This document shows positions 27,879 through 37,509 of a DNA stretch of 64,000 nucleotides, one piece after another. Below the pieces are notes generated by a model. It did no database searches. It saw only the letters and a list, made by a program, of their open reading frames with translations, and was not told where the DNA came from. Numbering within the stretch: the stretch's first letter is position 1; each line of letters starts with the position of its first letter. A program made the position numbers and the translations under genes. The stretch comes from Pirellulales bacterium (GTDB taxonomy: Bacteria > Planctomycetota > Planctomycetia > Pirellulales > JBBRCE01), in contig JBBRCE010000009.1 in the NCBI GenBank assembly GCA_038205115.1, positions 34,928-98,927 of the forward strand, in the 5' to 3' direction.

Positions 27879-29165
27879 ATGCGATTGTTCCGCTGTCTCG
27901 CGGTCTACACGTGCCTCACAGCGCTGATTGTTGCGGCCACGTCCGCACAATTGCGCGGCGAAGATTGGCCCTGCTGGCGCGGACCGCGCGGCGATGGCAC
28001 CAGCCAAGCAACCGCGGCGCCTCAGCACTGGAACGCCGCGAACAATTCTGCCCAGCACGTGAAGTGGAAGGTCGATGTGCCGGGTCGCGGCCATGCCTCG
28101 CCAATCGTATTCGGCAATAAGATTTTCACCGTCAGTTGCGACGAAGACGCCCGCGAGCGACTGCTGCTGTGCTACGAGCGCAACACCGGCAAAGAACTCT
28201 GGCGGCAAGTTGTTTTGAAATCGCCGCTGGAAAAAAAGCACGGCTTGAACAGCTTCGCTTCCAGCACGCCTGCCACCGACGGCAAACGCGTCTACCTGGC
28301 ATTTCTGGAAGCCGATAAAAGCGATCCGCAAAAGTCGACGCCCGGCATGATGGTGGTGGCTGCCTATGATCTAGACGGCAAACAGCAGTGGCTGGTACGG
28401 CCCGGCCCATTCAACAGCGTGCATGGTTTTTGCACATGTCCGCTGCTGTTCGAAGATCAAGTGATCGTCAACGGCGATCACGATGGCGATTCGTACATTG
28501 CCGCCCTAAACCGCGACACGGGCGAAACCGTTTGGAAAATCCCCCGCGAACATCACACCCGCAGCTATGCCACGCCCATTATTCGTGAGATCGACGGCCG
28601 CCTGCAAATGATTTTGGCAGGCGATAAATGCGTGGCCAGCTACGATCCGCGCAGCGGCGCACGGAATTGGATCATCGATGGCCCCACGGAGCAGTATGTG
28701 GCCTCGATGGTTTATGACGGCAGCCTGCTGTTCATGACGGCCGGTTTTCCGGAACATCACCTGCTGGCCATCAAGCCCAACGGCGCCGGCAACGTCACCC
28801 ATTCGGCCATTGTCTGGCGGACCACGCAAGCCACGTCGTATGTGCCGTCGCCCATCGTCAGCGGCAAATACCTGTTACTCACCAGCGACGAAGGCATCGG
28901 CAGTTGCTTTGTCGCCGCGACCGGCGAGCGACTCTGGAAAGAACGCCTGGGGCGCCACTACAGCGGCTCGCCGGTGCTGATTAAAGACCTGGTCTATTTC
29001 ACCTCCGACGACGGCGTCACCAAGATCATTCGTCCCGGCGAAAAGCTCGAAATCGTCGCCACCAACGCGCTCGACGAAAACTGCTACAGCTCGCCGGCGG
29101 TCAGCGATGGCCAACTGTTCTTCCGCGGCGAAAAGCATTTGATCTGCTTCAGCGACCAAGACTGA
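27879..29165 (+). CDS. PQQ-like (BamB-like) beta-propeller repeat protein, secreted
   Basis: ATG 27879 gives the signal peptide MRLFRCLAVYTCLTALIVAATSAQL. ..DWPCWRGPRGDG.. and repeated W-containing blades follow. The track start 27462 overlaps the previous gene. Confidence 0.8.
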   Translation: MRLFRCLAVYTCLTALIVAATSAQLRGEDWPCWRGPRGDGTSQATAAPQHWNAANNSAQHVKWKVDVPGRGHASPIVFGNKIFTVSCDEDARERLLLCYERNTGKELWRQVVLKSPLEKKHGLNSFASSTPATDGKRVYLAFLEADKSDPQKSTPGMMVVAAYDLDGKQQWLVRPGPFNSVHGFCTCPLLFEDQVIVNGDHDGDSYIAALNRDTGETVWKIPREHHTRSYATPIIREIDGRLQMILAGDKCVASYDPRSGARNWIIDGPTEQYVASMVYDGSLLFMTAGFPEHHLLAIKPNGAGNVTHSAIVWRTTQATSYVPSPIVSGKYLLLTSDEGIGSCFVAATGERLWKERLGRHYSGSPVLIKDLVYFTSDDGVTKIIRPGEKLEIVATNALDENCYSSPAVSDGQLFFRGEKHLICFSDQD

Positions 29166-29280
29166 CACCTCCTTCGCCGGCGACGCAGCGTGCATCCATC
29201 GACTGGCGACGTCCATGCCTCCCACGCGGTTGACGCAGCGCGCGATGTTCAAACAGCACACTTCCCGACGTTGGTCCGCT

Positions 29281-30452
29281 TCACGCTTTGACCACGCTGC
29301 GGCGGCTGACATCGACAACTTTTTCAACCTTGTGTTTGTCGAACGCTTTGAACAGCGCGGGCAAGCCTTGCGTCATTTCCAGTTGCCGCTCGTCGGCATA
29401 CAGCGGCATCAGCGTATAAATTTGAATCTGCCGGTTCGCGGAAGCGTAAATCGGACCAACGTCATCTATATTCATCGCCAACAGCGTGGCCGAAAACGGA
29501 CAACCCGGCGCGAATGGTTTTGGCGGCTCTTCATTGGCGAAAATCGTCACCGGAAAACCGAGCCAACTGTTTTCCGCATGCGGATAACCGGCGATTTTCC
29601 GCAGCACCTCGAACGGCCAGCGGTTCTGCGGCTTGTCCAGATCGGCTCGCTCGATCGGCCAATCCGGCGGCAAAAACATCGCCAGTTCGGCCAACTGATA
29701 CGCTTCGGATCCCGGCGGCGTGGTCATGGGCCGCGAACTCAGACCGGTGGTGAACAGCGTGAGATATTTCCGCAGTTTGGTCGGGCGCATCACGTGGATG
29801 GCAATCGGCGGGTCGGTGGTCGGAATGATTTCGACCAGCGCCTGCTTGTCCACCGCTGCAAACCGGCTGAAATAAGCCACCACTTCGTCGCTCAGACCGC
29901 TGGGCGGCGGCAGCTTGATCGATGGCGGCATCACCGCACCATGGGCGTGCAGATATTCGACAATGTCCTGCTTGCGGAAGTCGATGGCGTGAGTGAGGGC
30001 GTTGAACCAGGGCGCGGTGACATCGTCCTGCTCGCCGGCGCGCCAACATTGATTGACATCCACGCCGTTTTCCACCAACAGCTTGACGAGCTCAAGCGCA
30101 TGGGCCTTGGCAAGAACTGCCGATAACAGAATTCTTTCAACTCAAGCGATGCTCCTTGTTTTAGGAGATAGACGGCGATGTCATAATTTCCGCGTGAAAT
30201 CGCAACTCCGATCGGTTTATGATACGAGCCGCCGAAATTGATGTCCAAACCCTTGTCCACTAAAAACTTGACGACATCCAAATTGGAATATCCGGCCGCG
30301 CTCGACAGCCAGTTATCAGAGTCATCATACCGGTAGTGAATCATCTCTGGATGCTCACGGAACAACTCCTTTAGGCCGTCCAAGTCGCTGGCATGAATAG
30401 CCTCGTAAATCTGTATACGCGTGGCGCGCAGAGGATCTGAGTCCGACGTCAT
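29281..30452 (-). pseudogene. Ankyrin-repeat / SUFU-like putative immunity protein, interrupted by a 1-nt frameshift
   Basis: ORFs 29931..30497 and 29281..30078 overlap in different frames. They join into one protein (..YLLKQGASLEL|(K)RILLSAVLAKAHALELVKLLVENGVDVNQ..) if one base is restored in the T-run 30135-30137. Frame B has a stop at 30142-30144. Start ATG 30452 overlaps the upstream stop (ATGA). The SUFU-like call for the C-terminal half is from memory. Confidence 0.65.
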
Positions 30453-30934
30453 TTTAAAATGCCTGTAAATACAGTGTTGGTATTGTCTAGGAACCAAGCG
30501 CCGATTCGGTCCAGAGTCCGCAAGACCTCAATCTTACCGCCCTTCGCGGCTGCGGTCTCGATCGCTTTCGCCACGGCCTTCATCGACTCGATGGTATGAA
30601 CGCCTTTCTGTGAAGCAAAGCAGAGCTTCTGCGGCAACGTTTCCAGGTAGTTCCCGAGTCCCACGCTCGCCATGATCTCCTTGGTTTTCTTGAGGAACTC
30701 GTATCCCGCCTTATTCTCCAGGAACTGCGGGATGATGTGACGCGCGTGCCAGACGACGCCTTCGAGTGCGGGCGGCTTGGCGACGCCCAGCACCCGCGTG
30801 AGGTAATCGCACCAGGAAATATTGTGAACCAGCAGCGAATCCGCGCCTACCGCGAAGTTGGCTAGGTCGCGAACCTTCAGGTTGACAACCGCGATGTCCG
30901 ACTCGAAGCGCGTGGCGATGGTTGTATGGGCCAC
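30449..30934 (-). CDS. Orphan (5'-truncated) polymorphic-toxin C-terminal module: Hint-domain tail plus putative HNH/EndoVII-like toxin domain
   Basis: GTG start at 30934, with an in-frame TAG 19 codons upstream. The N-terminus ..DIAVVNLKVRDLANFAVGADSLLVHN matches the last strands of a pretoxin Hint domain ending in HN. About 125 aa follow, containing ..VVWHARHIIPQ.. (AHH/WHH-like, tentative). Confidence 0.6.
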   Translation of the reverse strand: MAHTTIATRFESDIAVVNLKVRDLANFAVGADSLLVHNISWCDYLTRVLGVAKPPALEGVVWHARHIIPQFLENKAGYEFLKKTKEIMASVGLGNYLETLPQKLCFASQKGVHTIESMKAVAKAIETAAAKGGKIEVLRTLDRIGAWFLDNTNTVFTGILK

Positions 30935-31020
30935 GCTGACGGGGCAAGAAACAGAGAACGCAACTTCGAATCCACCGACGCTCGCATGCGGCTAACGAGT
31001 TATTTCGTGCCGGCAGACGC

Positions 31021-32094
31021 TTACAAATAATCTTTCCAGCCGCGCTCTTCCAGCAACTTCACCAGTTGACGGATGGACTCTTCGTCGTGCTTGTTGGCCA
31101 CCAGCGTGGCGTCGGGCGTTTGCACGATGATCGTGTCGGTCAGGCCGAGCGTGGCAATCAGATGCTGGCCATCGTTGCGGACGATGCAGCCCGACGTGCG
31201 GACGCCCAGATGCTTGCCGGCAATTGTGTTGCCATCGGTGTCTACGCCCAGTAGCCGCGTGAGCGATTGCCAACTGCCCAGATCGTCCCAATCGAATGGG
31301 GCTTCAATCACTAGTACATCCTGCGCGTGTTCCATCACCGCATAATCGACGGAGACGCCGCGAATAGCCGCGAACTCGCGCTCGAACACGCTTTGGAAAT
31401 CTGGTCGCTGGAGCGCGGCGGCAATGGTTTCCAAATGCCCGAGCATCTCCGGCTGGTGTGTGCACAGCGCCTGCAAGATGGTGCTGGCCTTCCAGACGAA
31501 CATGCCGGAATTCCAGTAGAAATTGCCCGATGCCAGATATTCCTGGGCCACGGCTGCCGGCGGCTTTTCTTTGAACCGCGCCACGCGAAACACCGGCAAC
31601 TCGGCCGCGACTGGCTCAGCCCTTTCGATGTATCCAAAACTTTCTGCCGGATACGTGGGACGAATGCCAAAGGTGATAATTCGGTCCGGATGTTGGTCAA
31701 CCAATTGCGCGCCCAGCCGCGCGGCTTGCACGAAGTCGGCCGTTTGGCGAATCACATGGTCCGAAGGCACGACCAGCATCGTGGCGTCTGGATCGTTGCG
31801 ACTGACCAGCAGCGCGGCCAAACCGATGCAAGGCGCGGTGTCGCGTTTGCAGGGCTCGCCCAGAATCGAAGCGGCCGGCAACTGCGGCAACTGCTGGCGA
31901 ACGGCGTCGATCAGTCGCGCGCCGGTGGCGATCAGAATATTTTCTGCCGGCGCGATTTCCGCCAGCCGATCGACCGTGGCTTGTAGCATCGTCCGCTTGC
32001 CGGCCAGCGCCAGCAATTGCTTGGGCCGCAGATTCCGGCTCTCGGGCCAAAAGCGCGTGCCGGAACCGCCTGCCATGATCACTGCGTGTAGCAT
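31021..32094 (-). CDS. Mannose-1-phosphate guanylyltransferase-like nucleotidyltransferase
   Basis: ATG 32094 gives MLHAVIMAGGSGTRFWPESRNLRPKQLL... 358 aa with no C-terminal isomerase/cupin domain. The track start 32424 adds a low-complexity extension. Confidence 0.85.
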   Translation of the reverse strand: MLHAVIMAGGSGTRFWPESRNLRPKQLLALAGKRTMLQATVDRLAEIAPAENILIATGARLIDAVRQQLPQLPAASILGEPCKRDTAPCIGLAALLVSRNDPDATMLVVPSDHVIRQTADFVQAARLGAQLVDQHPDRIITFGIRPTYPAESFGYIERAEPVAAELPVFRVARFKEKPPAAVAQEYLASGNFYWNSGMFVWKASTILQALCTHQPEMLGHLETIAAALQRPDFQSVFEREFAAIRGVSVDYAVMEHAQDVLVIEAPFDWDDLGSWQSLTRLLGVDTDGNTIAGKHLGVRTSGCIVRNDGQHLIATLGLTDTIIVQTPDATLVANKHDEESIRQLVKLLEERGWKDYL

Positions 32095-32302
32095 AAAAAA
32101 CGTCGCTCGGAAAATACTTCGGTACCGACGGACTTCGGACCGCCGTGGCGCAGGGATGCGTTGCGACAAATTGTCGCCGCGCTGCCCACGTCTGGGAAGG
32201 CGCGTTTGATTGGTGCCCGCCAGAAAACCTTTCCCGCGGCCGTTCGAAAACAGGTACAATCGGCGCGAAGCGTCGATCTGTTTGTTTCGAAATCGAGCCA
32301 AT

Positions 32303-33211
32303 ATGACCTGGCTGCTGGATGCGCTGCTGAACTGGCTGTTGTGGTTGCCGCTGGATGTGGTGCTGGTGCTGGTTGCGCTGGGCACGGCCTTGATTCTGAC
32401 CGTGGTTCGGCTCAAAACCACCAATCAAGATTTACTGCATCGCTGCCGTGCCGATAAAACTCGGCTCCAAGCGCTGATTCGACAGGCGAAGCGCACCGGC
32501 GACATCGACGCCGTGGCCCGCCATCGCGCTTCGAGCGCCCAGATTGGTCTGAAAACGTTGCGTGCCGAATTGCTGCCGCTGCTGGCATCGCTGCTTCCGA
32601 TTGCTGCGCTCGCGATTTGGAGCTACGCCCATCTGGCCTATCATCCGCCCCGCGTCGAAGAGCCGCTGACCGTCCACGCCTGGTTTACGCCGGCTGCCAT
32701 TGGTGAACCGGTGTTTCTCGCGCCGGCCGATGGCTTGCATTTACCGACTGCCGAGTCGTCCATTGCCAGCGCGTCTTGGCTGCGGCGGATTGCAACGGCC
32801 GATCAACGCGAAGCATTCGTGGCGAGCCCGCAATCGCTGATTTCGCGGCCGCATGTCGAGGAAGCATCGCCGGCTTTGGCGAATCGCAGCAGCAGCGGCG
32901 GCGTTCCGCGCGGCGTGGCCAGTTGGACAATCATCGCCGACGCTTCGCCCGAGCTGCGCATGTTCGCCGTTCGGCATCGTGGCCGAACCTACCAACTGCC
33001 GGTACTGATTGGCCAGCGCAGTTACGCAGCACCGGACGTGACGTTTGCCGACGGGCCGCTGCGAAAATTGGAAGTCGAATTGCGGCCCTATCGTCCGTTT
33101 GGAATCGTGCCCGGGTATGCGCCGCTGGGGCTGGAACCGTGGTTGATTGGCTATTTGCTGCTGGCGGCGCCGGCCGCTTTTGCGCTGCGGAGATTGATGC
33201 ATGTTTGCTGA
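32303..33211 (+). CDS. Hypothetical membrane protein (TM - basic coiled coil - TM - about 190-aa domain - TM)
   Basis: ATG 32303 gives MTWLLDALLNWLLWLPLDVVLVLVALGTALILTVV... The topology is read from hydrophobic stretches. Confidence 0.6.
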   Translation: MTWLLDALLNWLLWLPLDVVLVLVALGTALILTVVRLKTTNQDLLHRCRADKTRLQALIRQAKRTGDIDAVARHRASSAQIGLKTLRAELLPLLASLLPIAALAIWSYAHLAYHPPRVEEPLTVHAWFTPAAIGEPVFLAPADGLHLPTAESSIASASWLRRIATADQREAFVASPQSLISRPHVEEASPALANRSSSGGVPRGVASWTIIADASPELRMFAVRHRGRTYQLPVLIGQRSYAAPDVTFADGPLRKLEVELRPYRPFGIVPGYAPLGLEPWLIGYLLLAAPAAFALRRLMHVC

Positions 33212-34661
33212 GTTATTGAGCGTCGCAAGATCTGTCGCAATCCGCATTTCGCCTCGCTGGTTTAGACTTTTGTGCGGCGCGCTCGCGGTGGCCGTCTGCA
33301 GTCCGGCGACCCGCGTGCATGCGGCGGACGCGGCCAAGCACAATTTGGGCCACGAGTTGCCGCTGGCCAGCATGTTGCCATTTGCGGCCCTGCTGCTGTG
33401 CGTGGCGGTGATGCCGCTGGTGGCCCATCACTGGTGGGAACGTAATCGCAACAAAGCCTTGATCTGCGCGCTGTTGGCCATTCCGCTGGTTGGCTGGTTG
33501 TTATTTCAGTGGGGTGCGGTCGCAGGGCATCTGCTGCTGGAACGTTTGCAGGAATACACCACGTTCATCGTGATGTTGACCGCCATGTATGTGATTGCCG
33601 GCGGAATTTTTTTGCAAGGTCGGCTATCGCGCCATCCGGCGGTCAACACCGGCGTCCTGGCGCTGGGCGCGGTGCTGGCCAGTTTGGTTGGCACCACCGC
33701 GGCGTCCATGCTGTTGGTGCGACCGCTGCTGCGCGCCAATCACGGTCGCCAGCGGCAAGCGCATCTGTTTGTGTTCTTTATTTTCATCGTCTCCAACTGC
33801 GGCGGGCTGCTGACTCCACTGGGCGATCCGCCGTTGTTCTTGGGCTTTCTGCAAGGCGTGCCCTTCACGTGGACTTTGCAGTTTTGGCCGCACTGGTTGC
33901 TGGCCAACGGCGTGCTGCTGGCAATTTTCTGGATTTGGGACCTGCTGATCAGCCGGCGCGAACCGCCCCTCGCGACGCCTCTTGCCACGGCCGACGAGAG
34001 CGACCGTCTGCACCTCCGCGGCAAAGCGAATTTACTGCCACTGGCGGCTGTTGTCGTGTTGATTCTGGCCGCCGGCCAAGGCTGGGCAAACGGCGGTAAC
34101 CCGTGGCCGTTTGGAATTCAAGAAGCCTGCATGGCGGGCTTGGCGATTGTCTCGTATGGTTTCACCTCCAAATCGATCCATCACAGCAACCGCTTCAGCT
34201 TTGGGCCAATCGTGGAAGTGGCCGTGTTGTTTTTGGGAATTTTTGCCACGATGACGCCGGCGCTGGAGCTATTGAACACGCGCGGCGGCGAGTTGGGAAT
34301 CGACCAGCCCGGCAAATATTTCTGGGCGACGGGCCTGCTTTCCAGTTGCTTGGACAACGCGCCTACCTACCTGGCGTTTGCCGCGGCAGCCTGCGGACAG
34401 CATGGCGTGCCGCTGCAGGGTCGCGCGCTGGCGATGCTGCTTTCCCAAGGCCCAGCAGCCCAACAAACGCTGGCCGCCATTTCCTGCGGTTCGGTGCTGA
34501 TGGGTGCACTGACCTATATCGGCAACGGGCCAAACTTTATGGTCAAGGCCATCGCTGCGGAAAATGACGTGAAGATGCCCGGGTTTTTTGGTTACCTGGG
34601 TTACTCGCTAACTGTCATGATGCCGGTGCTGATTGCCGTTTGGCTGCTGTTCTTTCGCTGA
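33201..34661 (+). CDS. ArsB/NhaD-superfamily permease (sodium:proton antiporter-like)
   Basis: Polytopic protein. ..LSSCLDNAPTYLAFAAAA.. and ..GNGPNFMVKAIA.. motifs. Overlaps the previous gene by 11 nt. Confidence 0.65.
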   Translation: MFAELLSVARSVAIRISPRWFRLLCGALAVAVCSPATRVHAADAAKHNLGHELPLASMLPFAALLLCVAVMPLVAHHWWERNRNKALICALLAIPLVGWLLFQWGAVAGHLLLERLQEYTTFIVMLTAMYVIAGGIFLQGRLSRHPAVNTGVLALGAVLASLVGTTAASMLLVRPLLRANHGRQRQAHLFVFFIFIVSNCGGLLTPLGDPPLFLGFLQGVPFTWTLQFWPHWLLANGVLLAIFWIWDLLISRREPPLATPLATADESDRLHLRGKANLLPLAAVVVLILAAGQGWANGGNPWPFGIQEACMAGLAIVSYGFTSKSIHHSNRFSFGPIVEVAVLFLGIFATMTPALELLNTRGGELGIDQPGKYFWATGLLSSCLDNAPTYLAFAAAACGQHGVPLQGRALAMLLSQGPAAQQTLAAISCGSVLMGALTYIGNGPNFMVKAIAAENDVKMPGFFGYLGYSLTVMMPVLIAVWLLFFR

Positions 34662-34980
34662 AAGCGGCTGTCTGGCGACCATTGGCGGTAATTCGCGTTG
34701 GCAACGGCCGACAATTTCCGAGTTGGCGGCCAGCGCGGTTGAAAATCGGCCCGTTTGCCCGTATCCTAGAATGTTCGTCCTGCGACGGCCGCAGGAACAG
34801 TTGCGCACGAAAAATCATGTCCTTAGCAAGGCACGCTCCGCCAGGCGAGCGGCCCGGGCAAAGGCAGAACGCATTGCCGTCGTGATTTCGCGTGCGCTGC
34901 TCCGCAATTGTTCGATTGAGCCGATTTCCGCCGCGGCGAACCGGAATTCGCCCGCACTCACTTATTGACGAGGTAATATC

Positions 34981-36756
34981 GTGGCCACAGCTTCCAAACC
35001 GCGGACGACCAACACGCAACGCATGACCACCGGGGCCGATGTGGTGGTTCAATCGTTGGTCAATCACGGAGTGGAGATGATCTTCGCCTATCCGGGCGGA
35101 GCAAGCATGCCGCTGCATCAGGCGTTGACGCGCTTCAAGGATCAGATTCGCACGATTTTGCCACGGCACGAACAAGGCGGCGCGTTTGCCGCGCAAGGCT
35201 ACGCACGCACCACTGGCCGGCCGGGCGTCTGCATGGCCACCAGCGGCCCCGGCGCGTTGAATTTGGTCACCGCCATCGCCGACGCCAAGATGGACAGCAT
35301 CCCGCTGGTTGCCATCACTGGCCAAGTAGGCACGCCGGTCATTGGCACCGATGCCTTTCAAGAAACGCCCATCGTTGAAGTTTGCCGCGGCATCACCAAA
35401 CACCATTATCTGGTCACCGATCCGGCCGATCTGACGCGAGTGATGAAAGAAGCGTTTCATATCGCCAGTACCGGCCGACCGGGCCCCGTGCTGGTGGATG
35501 TGCCCAAGAACGTGCAGATGGCGACCTTTGTGCCCGACTACGACGCGCCCATGCAGTTGCCGGGCTATCGCGCCAAAGTTCGTCAGGCGCTGCCCGAACA
35601 GATCCAGCAAATTGCCGCGGCCATCAAACGCTCCAAGCGACCCGTCATTTATGCCGGCGGTGGCGTGATCTCGGGCGAAGCCAGCGCCGAACTCCGCGAA
35701 CTGGTCAAAAAAACAAAAATTCCCGTCACCATGACCCTCATGGGCCTGGGCGCGTATCCCGGCACCGAAACGCTTTCGCTCGACATGCTAGGCATGCACG
35801 GCACGGTCTATTCCAATTACGCCGTGAACGAAGCCGACCTGCTGTTAGCCTTTGGCGTGCGTTTTGACGACCGAGTGACCGGCAAGGTCAGCGAGTTCGC
35901 CAAGCATGGGTTCATCGTGCACATTGACGTCGATCCTTCGGAAATCAACAAAAACAAAGAAGTGCACATTCCGGTGGTCAGCGATATCAAATACGCGCTG
36001 GCCGAACTCAACAAAATCGTCGAAGCGCCGGAAGACCTTTCCAAATGGCACAAGCAAATTGCCGATTGGAAAGAAGCCGATCCGCTCAAGTTCGACACTT
36101 CGTTTGATGGCATTCTGCCGCAGCACGCCATTTCCGAACTCTCGCGAATCACTCGCGGCGAAGACACCATCATCACCGTCGGCGTGGGCCAACATCAAAT
36201 GTGGGCCGCGCAGCATTATAAATTCATGCACCCCCGCACCTGGATGTCCAGCTCCGGTCTCGGCACGATGGGCTTTGGCCTGCCGTCCGCGATGGGTGCA
36301 AAAGCCGCGCACCCCGATAAACTGGTGGTCGATATCGACGGCGACGGCAGCTTTTTGATGAACGTGCAGGAACTGGCCACCTGCTTCTGCGAAAAACTGC
36401 CCGTCAAAGTGCTGCTGCTCAACAACCAACACCTGGGCATGGTCGTACAGTGGGAAGATCGCTTCTTTGCCGGCAACCGCGCCAACACCTATCTCGGCCC
36501 GATCGATAATCCGGAAGCAGTCGGCAAGGGCAATGGCATCGGTCCACAGCAGCGATACCCAGACTTCGTGTCCATCGCCAAGGGCTTCGGTTGCGGTGCA
36601 CGCCACATCAGCAAGAAATCGGAATTGACCGACGCCATCAAAGAAATGATTGCCTATCCCGGTCCGTTCGTGCTGGACGTGCAGGTTCCCTATCAGGAAC
36701 ACGTGCTGCCGATGATTCCCGCCGGCATGACGGTCAAGGATTTGATCAAGGAGTAA
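34981..36756 (+). CDS. ilvB: Acetolactate synthase (acetohydroxyacid synthase) large subunit
   Basis: ThDP-enzyme pattern: ..[13 protein letters not shown].., ..[16 protein letters not shown].., ..[13 protein letters not shown]... Start is GTG 34981 or ATG 35023. Confidence 0.9.
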   Translation: MATASKPRTTNTQRMTTGADVVVQSLVNHGVEMIFAYPGGASMPLHQALTRFKDQIRTILPRHEQGGAFAAQGYARTTGRPGVCMATSGPGALNLVTAIADAKMDSIPLVAITGQVGTPVIGTDAFQETPIVEVCRGITKHHYLVTDPADLTRVMKEAFHIASTGRPGPVLVDVPKNVQMATFVPDYDAPMQLPGYRAKVRQALPEQIQQIAAAIKRSKRPVIYAGGGVISGEASAELRELVKKTKIPVTMTLMGLGAYPGTETLSLDMLGMHGTVYSNYAVNEADLLLAFGVRFDDRVTGKVSEFAKHGFIVHIDVDPSEINKNKEVHIPVVSDIKYALAELNKIVEAPEDLSKWHKQIADWKEADPLKFDTSFDGILPQHAISELSRITRGEDTIITVGVGQHQMWAAQHYKFMHPRTWMSSSGLGTMGFGLPSAMGAKAAHPDKLVVDIDGDGSFLMNVQELATCFCEKLPVKVLLLNNQHLGMVVQWEDRFFAGNRANTYLGPIDNPEAVGKGNGIGPQQRYPDFVSIAKGFGCGARHISKKSELTDAIKEMIAYPGPFVLDVQVPYQEHVLPMIPAGMTVKDLIKE

Positions 36757-36864
36757 GCCACAGGCAATCCTCCTAGAAGCGAAGACGAAGGAGCGCTGGC
36801 GACCAACCTGCAGCGGTCGTGAATCGGTCAGTGGCGAAGATTCATCCCCAGGAGTCTAGTCGGA

Positions 36865-37143
36865 TTGATTCATCGAAATTCGGGAATTGCTGCGCGTACG
36901 ATTTCGCAAAATCACGTCACGGCTACCGACGGAAAGGAAAACTCCCAGCGCTACAAGATCGTCATTCACCGCACTGACGAGGGAATCAGCGTATCGGTGT
37001 CGGCATTGCCCGGTTGTTGGTCTGAGGGCGACACCGGGGAACACGCTCTGGTCAACATCCAGGATGCAATTCGCGAATACTCGGCCGCTTTGGACGATCA
37101 CTTCAAGGACGCGGAAGTACGCGAGGTGGAAGTGACGGTGTAA
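36865..37143 (+). CDS. hicB: HicB-like antitoxin (UPF0150-type, no DNA-binding extension)
   Basis: ..YKIVIHRTDEGISVSVSALPGCWSEGDTGEHALVNIQDAIREY.. is the typical HicB N-domain pattern. The stop lies 2 nt before the hicA start. Confidence 0.75.
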   Translation: MIHRNSGIAARTISQNHVTATDGKENSQRYKIVIHRTDEGISVSVSALPGCWSEGDTGEHALVNIQDAIREYSAALDDHFKDAEVREVEVTV

Positions 37144-37145
37144 CC

Positions 37146-37357
37146 GTGCCAAAAATCGTTGGCGTGAATCATCCGAATGCGGTTCGAGCGTTTGAGAATG
37201 CGGGATTTTCAATCATTCGTCAAGGCGAGCATATCGTGATGACCGGCGGCACGCGCCAAGTGACGATTCCGCGGCACAATCCCGTCAAGGGTTTTACGCT
37301 GGCGGAATCGTGCAAGACGCGGGACTGACCGTTGACCGGTTCCGCAAGTTACTTTAA
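37146..37357 (+). pseudogene. hicA: HicA-like mRNA-interferase toxin with a 1-nt frameshift near the 3' end
   Basis: The ORF from GTG 37146 (..AFENAGFSIIRQGEHIVMTGGTRQVTIPRHNPVKGFTL..) ends prematurely at 37328. The canonical HicA C-terminus GGIVQDAGLTVDRFRKLL* is encoded in the neighbouring frame at 37301-37357. Restoring one G in ctg(g)gcgg at about 37300 joins the two. Confidence 0.7.
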
Positions 37358-37509
37358 CTTAGCCCGGCAGCGGGTGGCGTGCCACCGAATCGTTGCCTCG
37401 CGATGGGTGCGTCATTTTGCGCTCCGCGGCGAAGTTGACGGTACATCATCCGACGCTCGAAGGCCGACGCGATGCCCTGGGAAGCTCACAATCGATCTGA
37501 CGGTTTTTA

